The notes beneath the pieces were generated by a model that saw only the letters and a program-made list of their open reading frames with translations, was not told the origin of the DNA and made no database searches. A program made the translations under genes and the position numbers. Positions 10,374 through 18,670 of a DNA stretch of 64,000 nt are shown here, piece after piece. The first letter of the stretch is position 1. Each line of letters starts with the position of its first letter. The DNA is taken from positions 6,444-70,443 of the forward strand of contig CAMAUY010000011.1 of the NCBI GenBank assembly GCA_945861565.1. Reading direction: 5' to 3'. Source of the DNA: Akkermansia muciniphila. Its GTDB lineage: Bacteria > Verrucomicrobiota > Verrucomicrobiia > Limisphaerales > UBA9464.

Positions 10374-11027
10374 ATGAGCACCAAAGCGTATCTTTCCGCT
10401 ATCGTTCTCGCGATCTCCGGCACTGCATTTGCAGCTGACGTGGTCTCGGCGAACATTGTCGGTTACATCACGGTGACGGCCCCCAAGGCTCTCTTCACCA
10501 TCATCGCGAACCAGTTGGACAACGGTAAAGGCAACAAGGTTGCGGACCTGATTCCGTCTGCCCTGAACGGAACTGTACTCTACAAGTACGGTGCGGCTGG
10601 TTACGAACTTAACACCGCTGAAACAATTGGCGCAGTGACAACGTGGGATGATCCCGCAGCGACCCTGAAGCCCGGCGAGGCTTGCTTCGTGCTCAGTCCG
10701 AACGGTGCGCAGTCGTTCACTTTTGCCGGCGACGTCAAGGGTATCAATGGAGAAAGCTCCTTCGCTCCGACCCTCGTTAAGAAGGCCTTCACTTTGGTTA
10801 GCTCGGTTGTTCCGGTTGAGACTAAGGCTAAAGACCTTGGTCTTCCGGTCGTGAATGGTGATGTTATCTACACCTATCTCAACCCAGGTGGGTATGTCCT
10901 GAATACCTTCGAGGCCGGAGTTGGTTTCGATAGTCCGGACGATTTGATCAAGGTCGGCCAGGGGTTCTTCGTGAACTCTGCCGCCGATGCGAACAGAGTT
11001 TGGAACCGTGTTTTCAACGTCAACTAA
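10374..11027 (+). CDS. Secreted protein with internal duplication
   Basis: Signal peptide MSTKAYLSAIVLAISGTAFA/AD. Two similar halves (SANIVGY...KPGEACFV and ...GDVIYTY...KVGQGFFV). The listed ORF starts at GTG 10332. ATG 10374 gives a proper signal peptide. Confidence 0.55.
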   Translation: MSTKAYLSAIVLAISGTAFAADVVSANIVGYITVTAPKALFTIIANQLDNGKGNKVADLIPSALNGTVLYKYGAAGYELNTAETIGAVTTWDDPAATLKPGEACFVLSPNGAQSFTFAGDVKGINGESSFAPTLVKKAFTLVSSVVPVETKAKDLGLPVVNGDVIYTYLNPGGYVLNTFEAGVGFDSPDDLIKVGQGFFVNSAADANRVWNRVFNVN

Positions 11028-11048
11028 AAAATCAGACAGGATTAAAAC

Positions 11049-11639
11049 ATGAACAAAGCAATTATCGTTTCCCTCACGCTGGCCTCTTCGGCCGCGGCGT
11101 TCGGTCAGGGTGCGCTCCAGGTGGATAGCCTCGTCGGTTCTGTAATCAAAATGCAGAGGTCAGATGGTACGGACCTAGTCTCCGGTACCGCCCAGGTTTA
11201 CCGCTTCGATGCAGCTGCAGCGGGTGGTATTGGTGCCACTATTGGTACTGCTGCTGCTATCAGCGCGAGCGGCCGTTTCCGCAACACCGGTGCTACCACT
11301 ATTGGAGGTGTATTGCCAGGTAACACCCTCGGACTCATTGTCCGCGCTTGGGATGGTGGAGACGGAACCTTCGCGGGAGCCGCTGAAAACGGTACGTCCA
11401 AGAATTGGACCTCGAAGCCGCTCGGTGGTACCGATGCAGGCGGTAACTTGGTGTTCACACCTAAGTTGGATGGATTTGAATCCTTCAAGTTGTCCAAGAC
11501 CTCTGTGACAGGGACCTCGGGCACGACCTCGGGCACGACCTCGGGCACGACCAGCGGAACAAATGTTATTCCTGAGCCCTCCACGATCGCCCTCGGCGTT
11601 CTGGGTGCTGCGGCTTTGGTTCTCCGTCGCCGCAAGTAA
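11049..11639 (+). CDS. PEP-CTERM sorting-domain protein
   Basis: Signal peptide, then C-terminal IPEPSTIALGVLGAAALVLRRRK (PEP motif, TM segment, basic tail). Confidence 0.8.
   Translation: MNKAIIVSLTLASSAAAFGQGALQVDSLVGSVIKMQRSDGTDLVSGTAQVYRFDAAAAGGIGATIGTAAAISASGRFRNTGATTIGGVLPGNTLGLIVRAWDGGDGTFAGAAENGTSKNWTSKPLGGTDAGGNLVFTPKLDGFESFKLSKTSVTGTSGTTSGTTSGTTSGTNVIPEPSTIALGVLGAAALVLRRRK
11511..11554 (+). repeat. 12-bp tandem repeat encoding (GTTS)n
   Basis: ggcacgacctcg occurs twice exactly, plus a diverged third copy and a partial leading copy. It encodes GTSGTTSGTTSGTTSG just before the PEP-CTERM anchor. Confidence 0.85.
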
Positions 11640-11655
11640 TTGCAAGAATCTTCAG

Positions 11656-11688
11656 AGGCCGCTTCACGTGAGTGAAGCGGCCTTTTTT
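11656..11688 (+). terminator. Rho-independent terminator
   Basis: AGGCCGCTTCAC-gtga-GTGAAGCGGCCT perfect 12-bp stem followed by TTTTTT. Confidence 0.85.
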
Positions 11689-11733
11689 CTAGATTTGACA
11701 ATGGGTCCTCAGGGGCTAAACGGGAATGTAAGT

Positions 11734-11808
11734 GGCGTGTTCGTCTATCGGTTAGGACACGGCCCTCTCAAGGCTGAAAGACGGGTTCGATTCCCGTACG
11801 CGCTACCA
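11734..11808 (+). tRNA. tRNA-Glu(CTC)
   Basis: Hand-folded cloverleaf: acceptor GGCGTGT/ACGCGCT (two G-U pairs), anticodon loop CTCTCAA, T-arm ACGGG-TTCGATT-CCCGT, encoded CCA. Confidence 0.85.
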
Positions 11809-12064
11809 TCCCCTGAAAACATCGGTTTTACAGGAGTTTTCTCAGTAGTCACAGAAATTCAGGCACGCACATAGTCACAAAAGTGGGTGTTGCCACCGGA
11901 AGTTTTAAAGCGGATTTTCCTCCGAATCAAGGCGTTCCCTCTCCTTCGGGTCGGCATCAAAATGGGGCCTTCAACGCTGCGATCAATTTCGGTGAAGCGA
12001 ATACGCCCACAGACTCTTCAGGCACTTCCCGAGTGGTCGACCTACTTCGCCGTCACCCTGCGCC

Positions 12065-12142
12065 CTTGGATCGGCCGAAGTTGCGCGGCAACGATGGCCC
12101 GCCTCTCTTCGTCAGAGAACCCGACCGACCGCGTGCGGCATC
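12065..12142. repeat. Copy A of a ~75-bp duplicated segment (decayed 3' gene fragment)
   Basis: The first 40 bp differ at 2 positions from 12965-13004. On the minus strand it reads FSDEERRAIVAAQLRPIQ, compared with GDERRAIVAAQLRAIQ at the C-terminus of the 12921-13313 gene. The upstream part is out of frame. Confidence 0.8.
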
Positions 12143-12289
12143 TCGTAGTGGCGTTTGCTCGCGCACGGCCAGTTTGATTTCTGGCGGCATATCCGCATGG
12201 GCCCAACAGAACTAGGGGTGGTCAATGATTTCGTTGAGACTAGATCCCGGCTTTCTTTTCAATCTGCCGTATGCGACTGTGGCTTGGAT

Positions 12290-12550
12290 ATGAGTCAACT
12301 AGTCGAAATTGAATTGCCCGACGAATTGCCCGCCGCATTGCAACGCGAGGCCTCAGAGTTGGGAGGGGAATTGCGGCTCACGGCGGCGGTCAAGTGGTAT
12401 GAACTGGGACGACTGAGCCAGGGCAAGGCGGCGGAGGTTGCCAACTTGAGTCGGTCGGCTTTCATTAGCGAGCTGGCAAGGTTCGGTGTGTCCCCCTTCC
12501 AAGAAACGGCTGCGGAGATTCTGGATGCCGCCCGGGACTTCCCGAAATGA
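12290..12550 (+). CDS. UPF0175-family antitoxin-like protein
   Basis: 86 aa. AVKWYELGRLSQGKAAEVANLSRSAFISELARFGVSPF is typical of UPF0175. ATGA overlap with the next ORF. Confidence 0.7.
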   Translation: MSQLVEIELPDELPAALQREASELGGELRLTAAVKWYELGRLSQGKAAEVANLSRSAFISELARFGVSPFQETAAEILDAARDFPK

Positions 12551-12873
12551 GCGAAGTCGTAACCAACACTTCTCCGTTGATCGTGCTGGCAAAGGCGGGA
12601 CTGTTGGAGCTCTTGCCAAAACTGTTCTCCGAGATCGTGGTTCCAACAGCCGTACGCGATGAAATCATGGCTGGCTCCGATGGCGACGCCATGAAAAAAG
12701 CGTTGCCGATCCACCGTTGGCTGCGCGTGGTGGAGTTGACTCCGCCGTTATCACCGCTGGCAGCGATGCAGTTGGGACGAGGCGAGGCAGAGGCCGTCGA
12801 ATACGCCCGACGACACGGCGATTGCACCCGTAGTGTCCAAAAATTCGAACGATTCGAAACTTGTTGGAATTGA
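12547..12873 (+). pseudogene. DUF3368 (PIN-like) toxin, 3'-truncated
   Basis: MSEVVTNTSPLIVLAKAGLLELLPKLF...LGRGEAEAVEYA matches the family N-terminal two-thirds. After about residue 92 the sequence becomes unrelated and stops at 108 aa. The family is usually about 150 aa. Confidence 0.6.
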
Positions 12874-12920
12874 ATGAGTTTTTGAAGTAGTCAGTCGCAA
12901 CAACGGTTGAGCTCGGGATT

Positions 12921-13313
12921 TCATTTTCCAGACTGATCCTGCTGCTTTGCCTTCAGCTTACGCTCTTGGATCGCCCGAAGCTGCGCGGCAACGATGGCCC
13001 GCCTTTCGTCGCCAGACACCCCGACCGCCTCCGGCATCGCCTTCGCCGGCACAACCGTTCCCGACGCTGCGGACGCAGATGGTGGCGCTTTCCTGGACCC
13101 TTCCCAAATCTCCTTAAGCCGCTGAAGAAGCTGGCGGGTCGTCAGGAAACGCACCTTTTCGGAGGTTCCGCAGACGCTTTCGAACAGCGCCTGAATATTG
13201 CGCCGCTTCACCGTCGCGTCGCAGACGAGGACGATCTCCTCGTAGCCCGCATCCTGATCCCCCTGCAAATCCTTGAAGATTGGTAGATTTGAGTTTTTTG
13301 ACCATTCGACCAT
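12921..13313 (-). CDS. Hypothetical protein (start uncertain)
   Basis: Open frame reading MVEWSKNSNLPIFKDLQGDQ...VLVCDATVKRRNIQALFESV...ERRAIVAAQLRAIQERKLKAKQQ. No family recognised. Its 5' end contains a 50-bp repeat and its 3' end is duplicated at 12065-12142. The listed ORF extends to 13472. Confidence 0.4.
   Translation of the reverse strand: MVEWSKNSNLPIFKDLQGDQDAGYEEIVLVCDATVKRRNIQALFESVCGTSEKVRFLTTRQLLQRLKEIWEGSRKAPPSASAASGTVVPAKAMPEAVGVSGDERRAIVAAQLRAIQERKLKAKQQDQSGK
12965..13038. repeat. Copy B of the ~75-bp duplicated segment
   Basis: See 12065-12142. This copy lies inside the intact ORF. Confidence 0.8.
13254..13303. repeat. 50-bp repeat, copy 1
   Basis: ctgatccccctgcaaatccttgaagattggtagatttgagttttttgacc versus 14630-14679 ctgatcgccctgtaaatcgttgaatatcggtaggttcgagttttttgacc. 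Same orientation, 8 mismatches. Confidence 0.85.
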
Positions 13314-13513
13314 CCTCGACGGCACGGAGCGCGGACTTTTCAGTCCGCAGTTGGGACGGATGGGGGCGGGTTGGAAAACCTGCGCTCCGTACAACCGGCA
13401 TCCCGCGCGGGGTTCGTGGTTTGACGCAGCCGGATTGACGGTTTTGTGATCCGGACTCCAACCCCGCTCCATCGGTCGGCGATGTCAAACTCAAGACATC
13501 GGCCCCGGAGGGT

Positions 13514-13930
13514 TCACGACGGCAGCTTTAGCTCCAGCCACTTCAAATCCGGCACATCCTCAAAATCCTTGGCGTTGGAAGTCAGAATGGTGAAATCCCT
13601 TTCGACCGCCTGGGCCGCAAGCCAGAGATCCTGGATTCGAAATTCGGCTCCACGACCACTCTCAGTCAGGCTGGCAGCCAAGGCGCCGAAGATCTCACCG
13701 GTGTTGCCGGTGATGCGCAGCATCGGCTTCCGCAACATCCGACGCAAAGCAGCGGCCGCGCGCTGCCGGGACTTGGCCTCCCTCATCAACCCCATGCCGA
13801 ACCGGATCTCGGCAATATTGACGGGCGACAAATACACGGGCGCCTGCCGTGTGATCGCGTGGATGTCGGCGGCAGTGAGTCGGCCACGCTCAATCGCGAT
13901 CCACAAGCTGGTATCGATCAGGTAGCCCAT
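13514..13930 (-). CDS. vapC: PIN-domain toxin VapC
   Basis: MGYLIDTSLWI (first acidic residue), AEI, QDLWLAAQA and TSNAKDF motifs. 138 aa. Overlaps the upstream antitoxin by 13 bp. Confidence 0.85.
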   Translation of the reverse strand: MGYLIDTSLWIAIERGRLTAADIHAITRQAPVYLSPVNIAEIRFGMGLMREAKSRQRAAAALRRMLRKPMLRITGNTGEIFGALAASLTESGRGAEFRIQDLWLAAQAVERDFTILTSNAKDFEDVPDLKWLELKLPS

Positions 13931-14193
13931 GGATCACGCAGTTGCTTTAGGGTTCCGCGCCGCGCTTTCCTGACATGGTCCACCGCCTTCACCAGCGAGT
14001 CCGCAGTCTGGTCATCCAGCGTCCGGCACAGGTCGCCAAGCACTGTCAAGGCCGTCTGCTCCGGTGGCTCCGGCACCAGGCGCGCAACCGCGCGCTGATT
14101 GCGAATGAGCACAATCTCCTCCCCGTCCGACTCCACACTATCTATGACGGCACTGAAGTTGCGGGCGACCTCGGTGACGGTCAGCGTCTTCAT
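13918..14193 (-). CDS. Phd/YefM-family antitoxin
   Basis: MKTLTVTEVARNFSAVIDSVESDGEEIVLIRNQRAVARLVP is typical of the Phd/YefM N-terminal domain. Coupled to vapC. Confidence 0.8.
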   Translation of the reverse strand: MKTLTVTEVARNFSAVIDSVESDGEEIVLIRNQRAVARLVPEPPEQTALTVLGDLCRTLDDQTADSLVKAVDHVRKARRGTLKQLRDPWAT

Positions 14194-14197
14194 GGGT

Positions 14198-14589
14198 TCA
14201 AGGAATCAGATAGTATCTGATCTGGCAAGCCACGACTGGCGGTCCGCGGGATCCCGGACGGCGCATCGGCACGAAAGTGCGGGCAGACAAGAGTGAATTG
14301 CAGGGCCCGGGGGACGAGGAGTTCGCGCCGTGGATCCTCGGGCTGACGCTCTGGCATGCGCCCCAATATGGAGTGCGTTGGGCAGTCTCGGGCGCCACGC
14401 CGCTTTCCGGCGTCCCGTCTTCCAACCGCTCGCCAACCGGAAAGCCGCGTGGCGTCCCGCCCACTCTCACGGACTTCCCGCCGCAATCCACTTGAGAATC
14501 CGGTTCTCCGTCACGAGATATTCGTTGCGCAGGAGGAGTTCCTGATCAACCGAACCGGAGAGGGTCGCCAGCATTCGTTTCCAATTCAT
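14198..14589 (-). mobile_element. Remnant of an rve/DDE-type IS transposase gene (N-terminus only, decayed)
   Basis: ATG at 14589 opens MNWKRMLATLSGSVDQELLLRNEYLVTENRILK, an N-terminus I recognise from integrase-core transposases of PVC and cyanobacterial genomes. A stop occurs after 40 codons (14467). Downstream frames carry only faint similarity, and no catalytic domain is present. Confidence 0.5.
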
Positions 14590-14629
14590 CGACGAGACTT
14601 AACGGCGGCAACGGGCTGCGAGCAATCTT

Positions 14630-14679
14630 CTGATCGCCCTGTAAATCGTTGAATATCGGTAGGTTCGAGTTTTTTGACC
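14630..14679. repeat. 50-bp repeat, copy 2
   Basis: See 13254-13303. It lies 40 bp upstream (minus strand) of the transposase-remnant ATG. Confidence 0.85.
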
Positions 14680-14773
14680 CTACGGGTTCCTGATTCGCTC
14701 GCTTCCTGCGCAGGACAGCCCGGAGCTTTTCTTTTTCTTACCGCCACTGGGCCGGCAATTAGTGAAGCCCACT

Positions 14774-15289
14774 TTAGGCGAGGTGATGTGCCGGTGTGAG
14801 ATGTGTCTCCGCCAGCCGCTGGGCGAATGCATTGCCGGGGAAGATTCCTGGCAGTGAGAGAAACGGCATATTGTTGATCCAGTCCTCGTCGTCTTCCATC
14901 GGTACGAGTGTTGTTTCCCCTCGCCAGACCATGTGTTGGCGCATGTTGTTCATCGAGCCAACCGCCACACGCGGATTGCCGGCCGCAAAAAGGATCGGCG
15001 CCGACTTCCATCCGGCGAGCGCCGGTGCGTCCACAAGCGAAAATCCAAGCCGAAGTCGAAACAGCTTCTCGAAGTTGTCGTCCTTGCCCAACTCCTTTCC
15101 TGGAAAGACAAACGTGTAAAGCGTGGTCGTGTTCGTCACCAATGCGACCGAAGGGCGGTCTGGTTTGTCGCCGAAATCGACCCGCCATTGCCCCAGCCAA
15201 TGCACAGGCGGCTCGCTGGCGCGCCCGGAGGGTTTGATGCGCCAGCACTTTTGAACCTGTGCGGAGAGGATGATTTCAATGGCGTCCAT
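14774..15289 (-). CDS. Conserved hypothetical protein
   Basis: 171-aa ORF. LGQWRVDF...TLYTFVFPGKELGKDDNFEKLFRLRLGFSL...VGSMNNMRQHM resembles a DUF-type family of unknown function (possibly DUF6933, from unverified memory). Confidence 0.5.
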   Translation of the reverse strand: MDAIEIILSAQVQKCWRIKPSGRASEPPVHWLGQWRVDFGDKPDRPSVALVTNTTTLYTFVFPGKELGKDDNFEKLFRLRLGFSLVDAPALAGWKSAPILFAAGNPRVAVGSMNNMRQHMVWRGETTLVPMEDDEDWINNMPFLSLPGIFPGNAFAQRLAETHLTPAHHLA

Positions 15290-15525
15290 ATTCTCGTGGG
15301 CTGCAATTTAGACGATTTCAACGATCGACCTCAGCGGCCCTTTGTTAAGGTTCATCAAGTCCTCGGTTCATCCCGCCGGCTACATCGAAGAATGACTGCG
15401 GGAATTTCCCGTGGTCGCGGTATACCCAGCAGGTGATGCAATCCATTAAATCCTTCAGGTGCTGTCCAGTGACCCACTCTTTCGAGTGAACCTGGAGCAA
15501 GAAATCGAAGCATCCAGAAGAACAT

Positions 15526-15798
15526 TCATGCGGCTGGAAGCGCCATTTTCTGGGCGTATTCCAAAATGGCAACCGCTTGTCCACGCGTCACGTCGGGAAA
15601 ACAATCCAGGTATTCGTCGAGGCTAAGGCCGCTTTCCAGATTGGTAAAAAGGCTGTCTACCGGCACACGCGTTCCTCTGAAGCAGGGCGCGCCGCTCAAT
15701 CGTTCTGGGTCGACCCAGATGGGAACATCCGGCGGGAAATTATATGTCGGCGCTGATTTCATCCGGTCGCAATTTATCGGATTCAACCGAGTTGTCAC
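15526..15798 (-). CDS. DUF433 domain protein (antitoxin-like)
   Basis: DPERLSGAPCFRGTRVPVDSLFTNLESGLSLDEYLDCFPDVTRGQAVAILEYA is the DUF433 signature. An alternative start is ATG 15762. Confidence 0.75.
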   Translation of the reverse strand: MTTRLNPINCDRMKSAPTYNFPPDVPIWVDPERLSGAPCFRGTRVPVDSLFTNLESGLSLDEYLDCFPDVTRGQAVAILEYAQKMALPAA

Positions 15799-15892
15799 GC
15801 GCTGTAATTCTTCAGGCTGTTCCTGGAAAATTCCAAATCATCGAGGGAAGAGTTCTCCGATGTAACCCGTCTTCCACGGCACCGCCAGATTC

Positions 15893-16123
15893 TCAAGGCT
15901 TGGGCGCGCTTTGGAGCAGCGCCAAGAATTCCGCTGCTTTACCCGCATCGAAGCCGCGCTTGATTTGAAGCTTCTCGGCGAGTTCCGCAAGGATAGGTTC
16001 GCAGGTGACAGACAGACATTTCCCCTGGCGGGCGGCTTGAGCGCACTGGTGCGGATTCCCCAGCCAGCCAACCGCGGAAAACAGGATGTTGGTGTCGAAA
16101 ACGACGCGAGGAATCCCATTCAC
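15893..16123 (-). pseudogene. PIN_3-type toxin, N-terminal half only
   Basis: VVFDTNILFSAVGWLGNP...ILAELAEKL matches the first half of PIN-family TA toxins (usually ~135-150 aa). It stops at 76 aa, before the C-terminal acidic motifs. Confidence 0.6.
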
Positions 16124-16404
16124 GATTCGTGGAGGATGTCGTCCACAAAACCCTCGCGCTGAACCTCAGTCATCGTGTCCCAATCCAAACCGCGCGCGGA
16201 GGCCAGGCGGCGCATGTCTTTCTCGCCGTCACGAGCGGTCGACCGGCATCCTCGATGCGTATCGGCAGAAAATGAACAAGGTACCAGCCGCCGAAGTGCC
16301 GCTGGCGCGATTCGTATTCTTTTTCCAGAAATACCGCCAGTTTGGGGAGGAGCAGGAGTTTCAGGACGTGGTTTGAGCACACCCTCTCGCCTCTGAATAA
16401 ATCC

Positions 16405-16704
16405 TCAGTCGTGCTCGCGGTAGATGTCAGAGCGAGAAATCGAGGAAGGAAGAACTGGATCATTTCCTGCCACCGAATTAATCAGGCCATCAAAATCTTT
16501 CGCAGCGACTGGTTGGGAGGAGTTCACCGGGAGGGTGGACGCTGCGAGATCTTGTAGGAACGTGCCCAGGGTTAGATTGCGAACGTGCGCCTGAGCGCGA
16601 AGCATTTCCGCCGTTTGCTCATCCAGTTCAATCATCGTCACGGCCACGGTCGCAGCCTCCAAAACCTCGTGATCAAGGGAAACCGACAATTCGCGCTCAT
16701 CCAC
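16405..16704 (-). CDS. Antitoxin-like small protein
   Basis: 99 aa. TMIELDEQTAEMLRAQAHVRNLTLGTFLQDLA looks like an RHH/antitoxin-type N-terminal domain. The 285 bp downstream contain only broken frames. Confidence 0.45.
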   Translation of the reverse strand: MDERELSVSLDHEVLEAATVAVTMIELDEQTAEMLRAQAHVRNLTLGTFLQDLAASTLPVNSSQPVAAKDFDGLINSVAGNDPVLPSSISRSDIYREHD

Positions 16705-16755
16705 ATCTGCGCGGAGGAAGACGCGACAGCGTGTGGGCTTGCGGGGTTACGGTTT

Positions 16756-17442
16756 TCATAGGATTTGGGCGTGCCCCGCGGACAAGCCGCCGTCCACAGC
16801 GAAGGCTTGCCCTGTGATCCAGGAGGCTTGTTCGGAGGCGAGAAAGGCGGCCATGTTGGCGATATCTTCGGGCTGTCCCAAGCGTCCCAGCGGGTGGAGA
16901 GCGGTGAGTCGCGCGGTCCGTTCACGATCGCGCAAAATCGCCGCAATCAGCGGCGTTTCGATGAAGCCCGGGCAGATGCAATTCACGCGAATCCCGCGCC
17001 CCGCATAGTCGAGAGCCATGTTTCGGGTGAGCGCGACGATTGCGCCCTTGCTCGCCGTGTAGGCGGCACGCTCGCGAAAACCAAGGATGCCGACGACCGA
17101 AGCGATATGGACGATGCTTCCGCCCGGAACCATTTTGGGCAGCGCATGTTTGGACACAAGGAAAGCCCCGCGAACATTGACCGCTTGGATGCGATCCCAG
17201 GTCTCGGCCTCTTCCTCTTCGACGGTGTGGCGAACCGCGATGCCGGCGCTGTTCACGACGACGTCAATGCGCGGAAGAGGTGCAAGGGCTTTGACGATGG
17301 AACCTTCCTCGCGGACATCGCAGGGCGATGTTGCCGATGCGATATCGAGCGCCGTGACGGTAAAGCCATCGTCGGCCAACCGCTGAGCGATGGCGGCACC
17401 GATTCCAGAGGCGCTGCCGGTGACAATGGCGACCTTATTCAT
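16756..17442 (-). CDS. SDR-family oxidoreductase
   Basis: MNKVAIVTGSASGIGAAIA (TGxxxGxG), NSAG, and YTASKGA catalytic motif. ATG 17442 is preferred over the longer listed ORF. Confidence 0.85.
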   Translation of the reverse strand: MNKVAIVTGSASGIGAAIAQRLADDGFTVTALDIASATSPCDVREEGSIVKALAPLPRIDVVVNSAGIAVRHTVEEEEAETWDRIQAVNVRGAFLVSKHALPKMVPGGSIVHIASVVGILGFRERAAYTASKGAIVALTRNMALDYAGRGIRVNCICPGFIETPLIAAILRDRERTARLTALHPLGRLGQPEDIANMAAFLASEQASWITGQAFAVDGGLSAGHAQIL

Positions 17443-17647
17443 GTGAGAGGAAGAAACCATGAAGCTGACCACGCGGGCAACGGGAGACTGTAAACCGGGA
17501 AGTTTGGGGTGACAAAGATGGAACATTCCACAATTTCGGCGCGAGTGACTTCGTCATTCCTACGATTAAACCGACTGGCCGTGGCGAAGCTCTTTCCTGA
17601 ACATAGTCACTAGACTAAAGCCAGGCGTTAGCCTAGTAGGTGTCGTT

Positions 17648-18670
17648 ATGGTTCGCATTCTTCAAGTGATATTTGCAGTTGTTTTACTTCACGGATCAGC
17701 GCGTGGGTCGCTCCAGATCGAGTTCGACTACACTTACGACACCGCAAATTTTTTCTCGGCTGAACATTCCGATCGGCGCATAACGTTGGAACGTGCCGCC
17801 GAGCTCTTTGAGTCTCGGATATTGGATGACTTCGCGGCTATCAATCCGGCGGGCGGAGATACTTGGACTCTGTCGTTCCCGCATCCTTCCACCGGGGAAA
17901 TCGTTTTTCTGCAGGACCTCAGCCTTCCGAAGAGCACCATCCGCATTTTTGTAGGGGCACGTGATCTTCCGGGCAATGTTTTGGGGTACTCGGAGTTCAA
18001 CTACTCGTGGTCGGCGGCTACATCCGGATTTTTCAACATGTTTTCTGCCCGGACCAGTACAACTAACTTCGATTCGCTGGGCGGGTCTATTTCGTTCGAC
18101 ACGAATACCCCCTTCTATTTCGACGAAGACCCATCCACGCTGGAGCCGTTTTTTGGTCAGAACGACTTCTATTCGCTTGCGGTGCACGAAATTGGACACT
18201 TGCTCGGAATCTCTGCAAGCGTGTCGGCATTTCACGCGGCCACGAAAAGCGGAGAATTTGTAGGTGCCGCGGCGAGCACTTTCTTCGGAGGGCCTGTTCC
18301 GCTGGCGCCCGATCTGACGCACGTTAAGCAGGGCACCGTTTCCCATGGGCAAGAGTCTGCAATGATGCTCGCAAACCAGGGGGTTCGCCGAACGTTCTCA
18401 GAGCTGGACTTTGCAATTCTGCAGGACATTGGCTACGAGATTAAATTGCCCGAACCGGTCTTTCGCCTGCTGGTGCCAGTTCCCCAGCCAGATGGAAAAT
18501 TGGTCCTCAGTTGGACTGGGGGAGGGGGTCCGTTCCAGATTCAATCCCGTGCGTCGATGCTCGCTCCTTGGATGAACCTGGGTACCAGTACTTCGGACCG
18601 AAATTCAATCGTTGATGCGACGGCTGCGCATGCTTTCTTCCGGGTCGTCGACCTGGGACGTCACCCATGA
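17648..18670 (+). CDS. Secreted HExxH metallopeptidase-like protein
   Basis: Signal peptide and zincin motif AVHEIGHLLGI. The third metzincin His is not in the canonical position. It has a ~70-aa C-terminal module ending FFRVVD. Confidence 0.6.
   Translation: MVRILQVIFAVVLLHGSARGSLQIEFDYTYDTANFFSAEHSDRRITLERAAELFESRILDDFAAINPAGGDTWTLSFPHPSTGEIVFLQDLSLPKSTIRIFVGARDLPGNVLGYSEFNYSWSAATSGFFNMFSARTSTTNFDSLGGSISFDTNTPFYFDEDPSTLEPFFGQNDFYSLAVHEIGHLLGISASVSAFHAATKSGEFVGAAASTFFGGPVPLAPDLTHVKQGTVSHGQESAMMLANQGVRRTFSELDFAILQDIGYEIKLPEPVFRLLVPVPQPDGKLVLSWTGGGGPFQIQSRASMLAPWMNLGTSTSDRNSIVDATAAHAFFRVVDLGRHP

Noticed and set aside
11511-11554. Checked the tandem repeats here, at 8551-8602 and at 51577-51654 for CRISPR-like structure
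   Set aside because: The units are 9-12 bp and contiguous, with no spacers. They lie in coding or low-complexity DNA, and no cas genes are in the window.
13322-13390. Nested inverted repeats (ACGGAGCGC/GCGCTCCGT and GCGGACT-tttc-AGTCCGC) downstream of vapC
   Set aside because: There is no U-run for a terminator and no second copy elsewhere in the window. This could be chance in GC-rich DNA.
15345-15584. 79-aa listed ORF downstream of DUF433
   Set aside because: It overlaps the DUF433 gene by 59 bp and matches no family. The ATGA-coupled frame (MNVLLDASIS...) looks more like the original partner, but it is broken after 24 codons.
16120-16404. Possible toxin or antitoxin gene between the 16405-16704 antitoxin-like gene and the PIN fragment
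   Set aside because: Three frames each carry partial ORFs. One ends in MRRLASARGLDWDTMTEVQREGFVDDILHES, with a GTGA overlap to the PIN fragment. I could not reconstruct a coherent protein, so I treat it as a degraded remnant rather than a feature.
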